Source of the DNA: Gaiellaceae bacterium
GTDB taxonomy: Bacteria; Actinomycetota; Thermoleophilia; Gaiellales; Gaiellaceae
Length of the DNA: 46,464 bases
Direction of reading: 5' to 3'
Assembly: GCA_035643535.1 (NCBI GenBank)
Contig: DASQQF010000147.1
Span: forward strand, 1-46,464
Below are positions 16,741-26,329 of this stretch, one piece after another. The translations under genes and the position numbers were made by a program. Positions within the stretch are counted from its first letter, which is position 1. Each line of letters begins with the position of its first letter. The notes under the pieces are model-generated. The model saw only the letters and a list, made by a program, of their open reading frames with translations. It was not told the DNA's origin and ran no database searches.

Positions 16741-17325
16741 ATGTCGCAGTTCCATTTCGATCCCGTGACATACCCGTCGATGATCCGGGAGGACGTCGCA
16801 CGCTACGACGAACTGCAGGACGAGACGGCGCACGCAACCGTCGGTGTCGCTGCGGCGGCCGTCCTCGAGCTCGGCACCGGCACCGGCGAGACGGCGCGGC
16901 GCGTGCTGGAGCGGCATCCGGAGGCGCGACTCGTGGGCGTCGACGAGAGCGAGGCGATGCTCGCCGTCGCGAGAGAAGCGCTGCCGGGAGCCGACCTCCG
17001 GGTGCGGCGGCTCGAGGATCCGCTGCCGGAGGGACCGTTCGGGCTCGTCGTGTCGGCGCTCGCCGTCCACCACCTCGACGCGGCGGCGAAGCGGGGTCTC
17101 TTCGAACGGGTGGCGGCCGTGCTGGCCCCGGGTGGCCGGCTCGTGCTCGCCGACGTGATCGTCCCGGAGGATCCGGCGGACGCGCGAATCCCGCTCGACG
17201 CCGGCTACGACCGGCCCGACACGCTCGCCGACCAGCTGGCATGGCTCGGCGACGCCGGACTCGAAGCGCAGGCTGTCTGGATCGCCGGCGACCTCGCGGT
17301 CGTGACGGCCGATCTCCCGGGCTGA
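16741..17325 (+). CDS. Class I SAM-dependent methyltransferase
   Basis: 194 aa with VLELGTGTGE (motif I), VGVDESEAML and GGRLVLADV. Confidence 0.75.
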   Translation: MSQFHFDPVTYPSMIREDVARYDELQDETAHATVGVAAAAVLELGTGTGETARRVLERHPEARLVGVDESEAMLAVAREALPGADLRVRRLEDPLPEGPFGLVVSALAVHHLDAAAKRGLFERVAAVLAPGGRLVLADVIVPEDPADARIPLDAGYDRPDTLADQLAWLGDAGLEAQAVWIAGDLAVVTADLPG

Positions 17326-17556
17326 GGGTTCAGCCGAGCTCGAGCGCGAACGTCGCGTCGACCGCGGCCGCGACCTCGTGCTCACCCGGGGACGAGATCC
17401 CCGAGCGAGATCGGCCGGCGCGGCCCGAAAACGCCGAAACCCGCGAACCGCTTGCGCAGTCCACGGGCTTCGACGGGGCGTAGCCTCCCACAGTCGGGCC
17501 GGTCCGTCAAGGGCACCTCCCCGGGGATCGGGATCCGCCGATCGGCGGCAAGTCGT

Positions 17557-18345
17557 TCAGAACGTCTCGAGCGCGGCCGAGCGGCGGCCGCTGTACTCGA
17601 GGACGCGGAGCAGGGCGATGCCGACGACGAAGTAGACGGCGCCGACGAACGCCTCCGTCAGGAGGAGGTGCCGCGCGCTCGCCACCGAGCCGCCCGCGGC
17701 GAGGATGCGCCCGGCCGCGATGCCGTGGGTGAGCGGGATGACGCTGCCGATCGCCCGGATCGCGGCCGGCAGCCGGTCGAGGGGGACGTTCGCCCCCGAG
17801 ACGAGCAGCATCGAGCCGCCGATCATGTCGGCGAAGAGCGAGACGCTGCGCCCGCGCAGGCCGAGCGATCCGAGGCAGAGGCCGAACGACGTGCAGGCGA
17901 AGGACGCGGTCAGGCCGGCGAGCGCGAGCCCCGCGAGCTCGCGTGCGGCGAAGTGGGCGTGGAGCACGAAGCTGCAGATCGTGAACGCGAGGGCGGCGGT
18001 GACGAGCCCCGTGACGATCGACGGGACGGCGCGCCCGAGGAAGAGGGCGAACCGATTCGCGGGCGAGGCGAGCAGCGTCGCGAGCGTCTGCGAGCGGCGC
18101 TCGCCGCCGACGGCGTTGCCCATCCCGAAGAAGCCGGTCATCGCGATCGAGATGAAGGCGTTGCCGACGAGGAAGAACTTGTCCGACTGGACGTTCGCGA
18201 ACCGGCCCAGGTAGGCGAAGAAGAGGATCTCGAAGACCGGGTAGGCGAGCATGTGCGGCACGTAGACCCACGGGTTGACCCAGTTGAAGAGCGCGCGGTA
18301 GCTCGTGAGCCCGCCGACGAAGAAGATGCGGAGCGCGTTCCTCAT
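17557..18345 (-). CDS. ABC-2 type transporter permease
   Basis: ATG at 18345 overlaps the upstream stop (ATGA). The 262-aa polytopic hydrophobic product (MRNALRIFFVGGLTSYRALFNW...) is third in an ATPase-permease-permease operon. Confidence 0.75.
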   Translation of the reverse strand: MRNALRIFFVGGLTSYRALFNWVNPWVYVPHMLAYPVFEILFFAYLGRFANVQSDKFFLVGNAFISIAMTGFFGMGNAVGGERRSQTLATLLASPANRFALFLGRAVPSIVTGLVTAALAFTICSFVLHAHFAARELAGLALAGLTASFACTSFGLCLGSLGLRGRSVSLFADMIGGSMLLVSGANVPLDRLPAAIRAIGSVIPLTHGIAAGRILAAGGSVASARHLLLTEAFVGAVYFVVGIALLRVLEYSGRRSAALETF

Positions 18346-19102
18346 GTCAGCTTCAGCGAGCCGGTCGAGCGGGCGACGCGGACGAAGAGCCGCAGGCACA
18401 GCGCGCCGATGACGACGTACGCGGCGCTCACGACGAGGCACATGCCCATCTGCGGCCAGGGCCCGCCGCCGAGGGCGGCCTGGCGGATCGCCCGGAAGCC
18501 CCAGTACGGCCCGAGCAGCCAGCCGATCTTGCCCACGAACGCCGGCAGCACCGAGAGCGGCACGAGCAGGCCGGTCGCGATCCAGACCGGGTACTGGAGC
18601 CCGATCCCGAGGCTGAACGCCGCGCGGTAGAGGACGAAGGTCGAGGCCATCACGAGCCCGAGCGTCCCGATCGCGAGTACGCAGCAGAGGATCGCGAGCA
18701 CGAACGCGAAGGGATCGTCGATCGCGATCGGGACGTGGAAGAGCAGCCGCCCCCACAGGAGCGTGGCGACGAAGCCGTAGGCGCCGACGAAGCCGCTGGC
18801 GACGGTGATCGAGGCGATCGCCGCCGCGAACGGCGCGGGCGCCGCGACGAGGAGCTCGAGCGTGCCGAGCCAGCGCTGGTTCTCGAGCGCGTTCGAGGAG
18901 CCGATGACGACGAGCGACCACATCAGCATCACCGCCGCGCCGAGCGAGGCGGCGAGCATCAGCCGCGGATCGTCCTTCGAACGGAGCAGGTAGTAGGCGA
19001 TCGAGGCGTAGAGGATCGGCCAGAGGAAGACGCCGCTCAGGTCGAACGGATTCCGCGAGAACTGGATCACGTGGATCCGCATCCCGCCGAGGAAGGCGCG
19101 GA

Positions 19103-19106
<4 letters not shown>
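18342..19106 (-). CDS. ABC-2 type transporter permease
   Basis: GTG at 19106 overlaps the ATPase stop (GTGA). The 254-aa polytopic product starts VIRAFLGGMRIHVIQFSRNPFDL.... Confidence 0.75.
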
Positions 19107-20071
<965 letters not shown>

Positions 20072-20119
20072 TCCGGGAACCTAACGAGCGAAGCGAGCGG
20101 CAGCCAGGGCGGGAACGAG

Positions 20120-20145
20120 GAGAGGCCCCGCGGCCGGGGCCTCTC
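20120..20145 (-). other. Strong GC hairpin (10-11 bp stem) in the putative 5' leader of the ABC operon
   Basis: GAGAGGCCCC-gcggcc-GGGGCCTCTC, about 50-75 nt upstream of the ATPase start. No U-tract follows. Confidence 0.35.
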
Positions 20146-20281
20146 GTGACTTCGCCGCCCGGGAAGGGCTGCGGCTCCCGTTCCCGTGGCCGACTATGTC
20201 GGAATGGTCGGAGCGGGCTGCGGCCCACCGCTCCTCCCGGGTAGGGAATCGGCGCTGCGCTCGTGCGCCGCGAGCCTCATC

Positions 20282-20304
20282 CGAGTGAACCGATCGAGTG
20301 AACC
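20282..20304. repeat. 10-nt direct repeat CGAGTGAACC x2 (13-nt period) next to the palindrome CCGATC-n4-GATCGG (20306..20321)
   Basis: Read directly from the sequence. It lies in the least GC-rich part of the 347-bp non-coding gap. The minus-strand reading is GGTTCACTCG x2. Confidence 0.5.
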
Positions 20305-20353
20305 ACCGATCAAGCGATCGGAGAAGCAGCGGCCCGCGCGCGATGATTGCCGT

Positions 20354-20380
20354 GCGAGCCCCGATGCGGCGGGGGCTCGC
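20354..20380 (-). terminator. Putative intrinsic terminator hairpin downstream of the ZIP transporter gene
   Basis: GCGAGCCCC-9 nt loop-GGGGCTCGC, starting about 40 nt after the ZIP stop codon. No clear U-tract, which is often missing in high-GC actinobacteria. Confidence 0.35.
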
Positions 20381-20418
20381 GACAGGGTGGCGGCGGCGGG
20401 TGAGCCAGCGCGGCCGGA

Positions 20419-21261
20419 CTAGACGCCGGCCGCGCTGACGACGAAGTCGGTCGCGAAGCCGAGCAGGATCCCCGCCAGTAGCAGCCAGGTGACGAGCACC
20501 GGGTGCCCGTACTTGCGGTTGACCGCGAACAACTCGCGCACGACGTAGAGGATCGAGCCGCCGGCGACGGTGAAGAAGACGACCGAGACGGCGTCGCTCG
20601 CCCAGGCCTGGCCGAGGACGGTGCCGAGGAAGGTCGGGCCGCCGCCGATCAGGCCGAGGAGGCCGAGGAGCCGCCAGCTGGGCCGGATCCCGGCGCCGCT
20701 CAGCGGGCCGCAGATCCCGAAGCCCTCGGTGGCGTTGTGGAGCCCGAAGCCGATGATCAGCGTCATGGCGAGGCCGATCTCGCTCGCGGCGGCCGCCTGG
20801 CCGATCGCGAGGCCCTCGCCGAAGTTGTGGACGCCGATGCCGATCGCGATCAGGAAGGCGAGTCGCACGGGCGGATTCGTCAGGTCGAGGTGCTGCCGCG
20901 CGACGAACTCGTCGACCGCAGCCGCGCCCGGGCCGACGAGCGGCGAGGCGCGCCGGCTCGCCCGCCGCTTCATCCAGGTGTCGTAGTAGACGAGGCTCAT
21001 CAGGCCCCCGGCGAACCCGGCGGCGCCGAGGACGCTCAGTTCGGAGAAGCGCCCCCAGTGGTGGGCGTTCAGGGACGTCTCGATCGGGTCGACCGCGTTC
21101 GAGAGGACGTCCCAGAGCAGGAAGACGAGGATTCCGGTCGCGAGCGCGGACAACCCCGAGCGCGTGCCCGTGCTCAGGCCCTGCATCCTCCCGACCGGAA
21201 GGCCGAGGAAGATCGTCGCGCCCGCGACGGCGCCCAGCAGGAAGATGTGTCCGGTCGACAT
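20419..21261 (-). CDS. ZIP family metal cation transporter
   Basis: 280 aa from ATG 21261. Polytopic, with the ZIP signature helices GIGVHNFGEGLAIG and GFGLHNATEGFG. Confidence 0.85.
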   Translation of the reverse strand: MSTGHIFLLGAVAGATIFLGLPVGRMQGLSTGTRSGLSALATGILVFLLWDVLSNAVDPIETSLNAHHWGRFSELSVLGAAGFAGGLMSLVYYDTWMKRRASRRASPLVGPGAAAVDEFVARQHLDLTNPPVRLAFLIAIGIGVHNFGEGLAIGQAAAASEIGLAMTLIIGFGLHNATEGFGICGPLSGAGIRPSWRLLGLLGLIGGGPTFLGTVLGQAWASDAVSVVFFTVAGGSILYVVRELFAVNRKYGHPVLVTWLLLAGILLGFATDFVVSAAGV

Positions 21262-21282
21262 CAGGCTCTGTCGCGCATCCCC

Positions 21283-21302
21283 GTGTAAGGCAACCCTTAC
21301 AC
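21283..21302. promoter_or_regulatory. Perfect 8-4-8 palindrome GTGTAAGG-CAAC-CCTTACAC, candidate operator for the adjacent DtxR-family repressor
   Basis: It sits in the 66-bp divergent intergenic region between the ZIP gene and the DtxR-like gene. The TAAGG/CCTTA half-sites are reminiscent of TTAGG/CCTAA in DtxR/IdeR boxes. Confidence 0.5.
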
Positions 21303-21327
21303 GCCACGCGAGGGGCAATATAGCGGC

Positions 21328-22014
21328 ATGGCCGCGCCGGGCCACTCCGTCGACGACTACCTCGAGACGATCTACTTCCTCGCCTTCCCGATCGGCGAGT
21401 ACACGCCGCGCGGCGCCGGGTCGCCGCCGCTCGCGTCGCGCGTGGCGGAGATGCTCCACGTCTCGCGCGCCTCCGCCGGCGAGATGCTCAAGCGCCTCGA
21501 GGGCGAGGGCCTGATCGAACGGGGCGAGCGCAAGGAGGCGCTCCTCACCGAGAGCGGCCGCGAGCGGGCGGAGCGCGTCGTCCGCAAGCACCGGATCATC
21601 GAGCGGCTGCTCACCGACTTCATGGGCTACACGGGAGCGGAGGCGCACGAGCGGGCCGACGAGCTCGGCGACACGTTCGACGAGGAGATGATCGAGCGGA
21701 TCGACGAGCGGCTCGGCCATCCCGACCGCTGCCCGCACGGCTGGCCGGTCGACCCGGCGGCCGAACAGGCGGAGAACGCCGAGCTCGCGCCCCTTGCGAC
21801 GCTCGGCGCCGGGGCGCGCGCGACGATCGTCCGGCTCGCCGAGCACGACGGAGACCTCCTGCACTGGTTCTACGACCAGCAGCTCGTGCCGGGGGCGGAG
21901 CTCGTCGTCGAGCGCGCCGACCCGGCCGCCGACCAGTTCGTCGTCCGCCTCGACGGTGGTACGCGCGCGATCTCGGAGAAGGCGGCGGCCGGGCTGTTCG
22001 TCAGACCGTCGTAG
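21328..22014 (+). CDS. DtxR/IdeR/MntR family metal-dependent transcriptional repressor with a C-terminal FeoA/SH3-like domain
   Basis: 228 aa: [36 protein letters not shown] (wHTH), [10 protein letters not shown], metal-site HE...E...H stretch, then a C-terminal ATIVRL...VVRLDGG domain. Confidence 0.85.
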   Translation: MAAPGHSVDDYLETIYFLAFPIGEYTPRGAGSPPLASRVAEMLHVSRASAGEMLKRLEGEGLIERGERKEALLTESGRERAERVVRKHRIIERLLTDFMGYTGAEAHERADELGDTFDEEMIERIDERLGHPDRCPHGWPVDPAAEQAENAELAPLATLGAGARATIVRLAEHDGDLLHWFYDQQLVPGAELVVERADPAADQFVVRLDGGTRAISEKAAAGLFVRPS

Positions 22015-23254
22015 GCGCTGCGGCCGAACCGAGCCCCGCCGCTGCGCGCAGCGCCTCGGCGCGGTCGGTCCGCTCCCACGTGAAGTCGCGGTCCTTGCGG
22101 CCGAAGTGGCCGTACGCGGCCGTCTTCGCGTAGATCGGGCGGCGCAGGTCGAGGTCGTGGAGGATCGCCGCGGGGCGCAGATCGAAGTGCTCGCGGATCA
22201 GCTGCTCGATCTGCGGCACCGGGACCTTCTCCGTCGCGAACGTGTCGACGAGCACCGAGAGCGGGTGCGCGACGCCGATCGCGTACGCCACCTGGATCTG
22301 GCAGCGGTCGGCGAGGCCGGCCGCGACGACGTTCTTCGCGACCCAGCGGGCCGCGTACGCGGCCGAGCGGTCGACCTTCGTCGGATCCTTGCCCGAGAAC
22401 GCGCCGCCGCCGTGCGGGGCGGCGCCGCCGTACGTGTCGACGATGATCTTGCGGCCCGTGAGGCCCGAGTCGCCCATCGGGCCGCCGATCACGAACTTCC
22501 CGGTCGGGTTGCAGTAGACGAAGTCGCGGTCGTGCTCGAGCCGCTTCGGGTCGTACAGATCCTTCGGGAGGATCGGCTCGATCACGTGCTCGATCAGGTC
22601 GGGCCTGAGCAGCGTGTCGACGTCGAGCCCGTCGCGGTGCTGGGTCGAGACGAGCACGCGCTCGATCTCGGCGGGGGCGATGCGGCCGTGATCGTCGACG
22701 TCGTAGCGAACGGTCACCTGCGACTTCCCGTCCGGGCGCAGGTACGGCAGCACGTCCGCCTTCCGCACCTCGGCGAGCCGGCGGGCGAGCCGGTGCGCGA
22801 GCATGATCGGCAGCGGCATCAACTCCTCGGTCTCGTTCGAGGCGTAGCCGAACATCATCCCCTGGTCGCCGGCTCCGAGCCGGTCGAGCGGGTCGGCGTC
22901 GCCGTGCTGGTTCTCGTAGGACGCGTCGACGCCCTGCGCGATGTCGGGCGACTGCTCGTCGATCGCGACGACGACCCCGCACGTGTCGGCGTCGAAGCCG
23001 AACTTCGCGCGCGTGTAGCCGATCTCGCGGACCCGGTTGCGCACGAGGCGCGGGATGTCGACGTACGTCTCGGTCGTGATCTCGCCCGCGACGACGACGA
23101 GGCCCGTCGTGACCAGCGTCTCGCAGGCGACGCGCCCGTCGGGGTCGTCGGTGAGGACGGCGTCGAGAACGGCGTCGGAGATCTGGTCGGCCATCTTGTC
23201 GGGATGACCCTCGGTGACGGACTCGGACGTGAAGGAGAAGGAACGGGCGGGCAT
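22001..23254 (-). CDS. metK: S-adenosylmethionine synthase
   Basis: 417 aa: [52 protein letters not shown]. Confidence 0.95.
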   Translation of the reverse strand: MPARSFSFTSESVTEGHPDKMADQISDAVLDAVLTDDPDGRVACETLVTTGLVVVAGEITTETYVDIPRLVRNRVREIGYTRAKFGFDADTCGVVVAIDEQSPDIAQGVDASYENQHGDADPLDRLGAGDQGMMFGYASNETEELMPLPIMLAHRLARRLAEVRKADVLPYLRPDGKSQVTVRYDVDDHGRIAPAEIERVLVSTQHRDGLDVDTLLRPDLIEHVIEPILPKDLYDPKRLEHDRDFVYCNPTGKFVIGGPMGDSGLTGRKIIVDTYGGAAPHGGGAFSGKDPTKVDRSAAYAARWVAKNVVAAGLADRCQIQVAYAIGVAHPLSVLVDTFATEKVPVPQIEQLIREHFDLRPAAILHDLDLRRPIYAKTAAYGHFGRKDRDFTWERTDRAEALRAAAGLGSAAAPTTV

Positions 23255-23263
23255 GCCGGGAGG

Positions 23264-24232
23264 CTAGCGAACCGGCCCCCACTCCTCGGTCGGGTCCCTG
23301 GTCATGAGGCGCCGGACGAGGTCGGTCAGGTCGTGGCCGGAGAGGACGGCACAGACACCTTCCGTGATCGGGAGCTCGACGCCGAGCCGGTGCGAGAGGT
23401 CGCGCAGGACCGGCGCCGTCACGATTCCCTCCACCGTCTGGCCGATCTCCGCGACCGCCCGCTCGGGCGTCAGCCCCTGCGCGATCAGCTCGCCGGCGTG
23501 GCGGTTCCGGCCGTGGCGGCTCCAGCACGTGACGACGAGGTCGCCGATCCCGGCCAGCCCGGCGAACGTCTCCGCCTGGGCGCCTGCCGCCTCGCCGAGG
23601 CGCGTCATCTCGGCGAGGCCGCGGGCGATCACCGACGCCTTCGCGTTGTCGCCGAGCCGCAGCCCGTCGACGCCGCCGGCGGCGAGCGCGATCACGTTCT
23701 TCGCCGCGGCGCACAGCTCGACGCCGACCACGTCGGGGTTGACGTAGGCGCGGAAGAGCGACGAGTTGAGCGCGTGCTGCAGCTCCCCGGCGAGGAAGCC
23801 GTCCTCGCTCGCGATCACCGCCGCCGTCGGCAGACCGGATGCGATCTCCTCCGCCATGTTCGGCCCGGAGAGGACGGCGACCGACCGGCCGCGGACGCGC
23901 GCGGAGAGCCGCTCGCCGGTCTCCGGGTCGAGTCCTTTCGCGAGGCTCAGCACCGGGGCGGCACCCGGCAGCGCGTCGATCACTCCGCCGAAGGCCCGGC
24001 TGGGCACCGCGACGACGATCGCGTCGACGTCGCCGGGGGCATCGGCGAGCGCGACCGGCTCGGCTGCCCGGAGGTCGACACTCTGCAGGTAGCGCGGATT
24101 CCAGCCCGTGCGCGCGATCGCCTCCGCCTGCTCGGCCGAGCGGCACGCGAGCACGACCTCGTGGCCGCGGTCGAGCAGGATCCGCGTGAACGCCGTCCCC
24201 CACGAGCCCGCACCCACGACCAGGAAGCGCAT
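23264..24232 (-). CDS. gpsA: NAD(P)H-dependent glycerol-3-phosphate dehydrogenase
   Basis: 322 aa from ATG 24232: VVGAGSWGTA Rossmann motif, LSGPNMAEE, AAKNVIALAAG. Confidence 0.9.
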   Translation of the reverse strand: MRFLVVGAGSWGTAFTRILLDRGHEVVLACRSAEQAEAIARTGWNPRYLQSVDLRAAEPVALADAPGDVDAIVVAVPSRAFGGVIDALPGAAPVLSLAKGLDPETGERLSARVRGRSVAVLSGPNMAEEIASGLPTAAVIASEDGFLAGELQHALNSSLFRAYVNPDVVGVELCAAAKNVIALAAGGVDGLRLGDNAKASVIARGLAEMTRLGEAAGAQAETFAGLAGIGDLVVTCWSRHGRNRHAGELIAQGLTPERAVAEIGQTVEGIVTAPVLRDLSHRLGVELPITEGVCAVLSGHDLTDLVRRLMTRDPTEEWGPVR

Positions 24233-24234
24233 GG

Positions 24235-25587
24235 TCAGGAGCGTTTCACAAAGTCGATCGAGACCGGGACCCCCTCGAGGCCGAACCGCCCACGCAGCTC
24301 GTTCTCGACCCAGTAGCCGTAGTCGCGCGTCACGAGCCCGGGGTCGTTGACGAAGAGGCGGAAGCGCGGCGGACGCACACGGGTCTGCGCGCCGTAGAGG
24401 AGGTTGAGCTTCCGGCCGCGCGGGCCGCTCGGCGGCTGGCGGGCCTCGCGGAGCTCGGCGAGCGCCCGGTTCAGCTCCGGGGTCGCGACGCGCGCGGTGT
24501 GCCGGTCGAACAGCGCCTCGACACCGTCGAGCAGCCGCTCCAGACCCCGTCCGGTGTGGGCGGAGACGGCGACGAACGGGGGCCGCTGGCGCAGGCGCCG
24601 CCGCAGCTCGCCGCGGACGTCCTCGACGCGGATCGCCGTGATGTCCCACTTCGAGAGGACGACGAGCGTCGAGCAGTCCGCCTTGCGCGCGACGTCCGCG
24701 ACGGCGATGTCCTGCTCGACGATCCCTTCCGACGAGTCGATGAGGACGAGCGCGACGTCTGCCCGCTCGGCCGCCTCGAGCGCGCGCAGCTCGGCGTAGT
24801 ACTCGATCCCCTGCCGGTGCCGACGCTTGCGGCGCAGCCCGGCGGTGTCGACGAGGACGAGCGTCCGGTCGCCGCGCTCGAGCACGGTGTCGACGGAGTC
24901 GCGGGTCGTGCCGGGAACCTCGCTCACGAGCACCCGCTCGCGGCCGAGGAGCGCGTTGACGAGGCTCGACTTGCCGACGTTCGGGCGGCCGAGGATCGCC
25001 ACGCGGATCGCTTCCGCGGGCAGCTCCGGTCGCTCGGCCGGCGCGAGCCGCTCGAGCTCCGCGACGACCGCGTCGAGCAGGTCGCCGGTGCCGCTGCCGT
25101 GGAGGCCCGAGACCGGGATCGGCTCGCCGAGGCCGAGCCGGTGGAGCTCGAGCGCGAGCGTCTCCTGGGATGGGTCGTCGATCTTGTTCGCGAGGACGAG
25201 CACCGGCTTCCGCGACTTGCGGAGGATCTCGGCGACCTCTTCGTCGCCCGGCGTGACGCCCGCCCGCGCGTCCGCGAGGAAGAGCACGAGGTCGGCCTCC
25301 TCGACCGCCTCCTGCGCCCGCGCCGCGATCGCCCTGGTCAGCGGCGCCGGATCGGCGAGATCGACGCCGCCGGTGTCGACGAGCAGGAAGCGCTTGCCGC
25401 CCCACTCGCAGACGAGCTCCTTCGAGTCGCGCGTCACCCCGGGCGTCTCGTGGACGACGGCGGCACGTGTCTCGGTGAGGCGGTTCACGAGGGTCGACTT
25501 GCCGACGTTCGGAAAGCCGACGATCGCCACGCGCCCGAGCAGCGGCGCCGGCGGTGTCTCGTCGAGTTGCTCGACGTCGTCACTCAT
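24235..25587 (-). CDS. der: Ribosome biogenesis GTPase Der (EngA)
   Basis: 450 aa from ATG 25587, with two tandem GTPase domains (GFPNVGKST...DTGG...NKID and GRPNVGKSS...DTAG...SKWD) plus a KH-like C-terminus. Confidence 0.95.
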   Translation of the reverse strand: MSDDVEQLDETPPAPLLGRVAIVGFPNVGKSTLVNRLTETRAAVVHETPGVTRDSKELVCEWGGKRFLLVDTGGVDLADPAPLTRAIAARAQEAVEEADLVLFLADARAGVTPGDEEVAEILRKSRKPVLVLANKIDDPSQETLALELHRLGLGEPIPVSGLHGSGTGDLLDAVVAELERLAPAERPELPAEAIRVAILGRPNVGKSSLVNALLGRERVLVSEVPGTTRDSVDTVLERGDRTLVLVDTAGLRRKRRHRQGIEYYAELRALEAAERADVALVLIDSSEGIVEQDIAVADVARKADCSTLVVLSKWDITAIRVEDVRGELRRRLRQRPPFVAVSAHTGRGLERLLDGVEALFDRHTARVATPELNRALAELREARQPPSGPRGRKLNLLYGAQTRVRPPRFRLFVNDPGLVTRDYGYWVENELRGRFGLEGVPVSIDFVKRS

Positions 25588-25607
25588 CGCGGCGCGAAGC
25601 CTAGAGA

Positions 25608-25653
25608 CCGCCGTGCCGCCGGCAAGCCGACGGCGAGCCGACGGCACGTTACG
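25608..25653 (-). repeat. Copy B of the 46-nt conserved intergenic element, 20 nt upstream of der; its distal end contains the plsC stop codon
   Basis: 42/46 identity to 6511..6556. Minus-strand reading: CGTAACGTGCCGTCGGCTCGCCGTCGGCTTGCCGGCGGCACGGCGG. Confidence 0.7.
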
Positions 25654-26329
25654 GGAGCGTGACGGGCGCCGCGTCGCCGCGGGACGGCGGCACGGCGACA
25701 CGAGGCCGGCCTGCCTCGTGGAGGTCTCGGAGCCACGCCCAGAGGCGGTGCAGCTCCTCCTCGATCTGCTGCGACGCCTCGCGGTAGCCCTTCGCACCCC
25801 TGGCCACCCCGTGGAAGCGCATGGGCTCGCCCCAGGCGATGGAAACGGGCGCGAAGTTGCCGAGCCGCCAGTGCTGCGAACCGTGAATCGCCGCGCACAC
25901 GACCGGAACGTCCTCCTGCAGCGCCGCCATCGCCGCCCCCGGCTGCACCCTTCCGGGGACCCCCGCGCGCTGGCGCGTCCCCTCCGCGAACACGCCGAGC
26001 ACGTTCCCGTCGCGCACGACCTCGCGCATCCGCCGCACCGCCTCGCGATCGGACTCGCCGCGGCGCACCGAGAAGGTGCCGAAGCCGCGGATGAGCTGCC
26101 CGAGACCGGGCGCGCGGTGCGCCTCGATCTTGGCGAGGAAGTAGATGTTCCGCGGCGACTGGTAGCCGAAGCAGGGGATGTCGATCCACGAGAAATGGTT
26201 GAAGGCGAGCACGATCCCGCCGGTCTGCGGGACGCGCTCCACGCCGTACGAGCGGAGCCGCGTCGCGAGCGCGGTCGGGATTCCCAGCAGCGGCCGACCG
26301 GCGGCCCAGACGGCGTCGACCCTGTTCAA
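25649..26329 (-). CDS. plsC: 1-acyl-sn-glycerol-3-phosphate acyltransferase family protein
   Basis: 226 aa with the NHFSWIDI (HX4D) and FAEGTR motifs. The apparent TTG start overlaps the cmk stop (TTGA). Confidence 0.8.
   Translation of the reverse strand: MNRVDAVWAAGRPLLGIPTALATRLRSYGVERVPQTGGIVLAFNHFSWIDIPCFGYQSPRNIYFLAKIEAHRAPGLGQLIRGFGTFSVRRGESDREAVRRMREVVRDGNVLGVFAEGTRQRAGVPGRVQPGAAMAALQEDVPVVCAAIHGSQHWRLGNFAPVSIAWGEPMRFHGVARGAKGYREASQQIEEELHRLWAWLRDLHEAGRPRVAVPPSRGDAAPVTLP

Noticed and set aside
17330-17505. Possible gene remnant on the minus strand, ending ...EHEVAAAVDATFALELG-stop, with an adjacent frame reading KRFAGFGVFGPRRPISLGDLVPG.
   Set aside because: It is short, split across two frames, and I can assign no family. 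This could be chance in GC-rich non-coding DNA. It would need a tblastn-style search to support.
17535-17548. 14-nt perfect palindrome CCGCCGATCGGCGG just after the ABC permease stop.
   Set aside because: It could be a weak terminator stem. However, it has essentially no loop and no U-tract, and GC-rich palindromes of this size are frequent here, so it is not reported as a feature.
20186-20422. 78-aa plus-strand ORF inside the 347-bp gap.
   Set aside because: It has Arg/Ala/Pro-rich low-complexity composition, no Shine-Dalgarno sequence and no motif. The region is treated as non-coding.
23255-23263. Looked for a SAM riboswitch upstream of metK.
   Set aside because: Only 9 nt separate the gpsA stop from the metK start, so metK is read as part of the der-gpsA-metK string.
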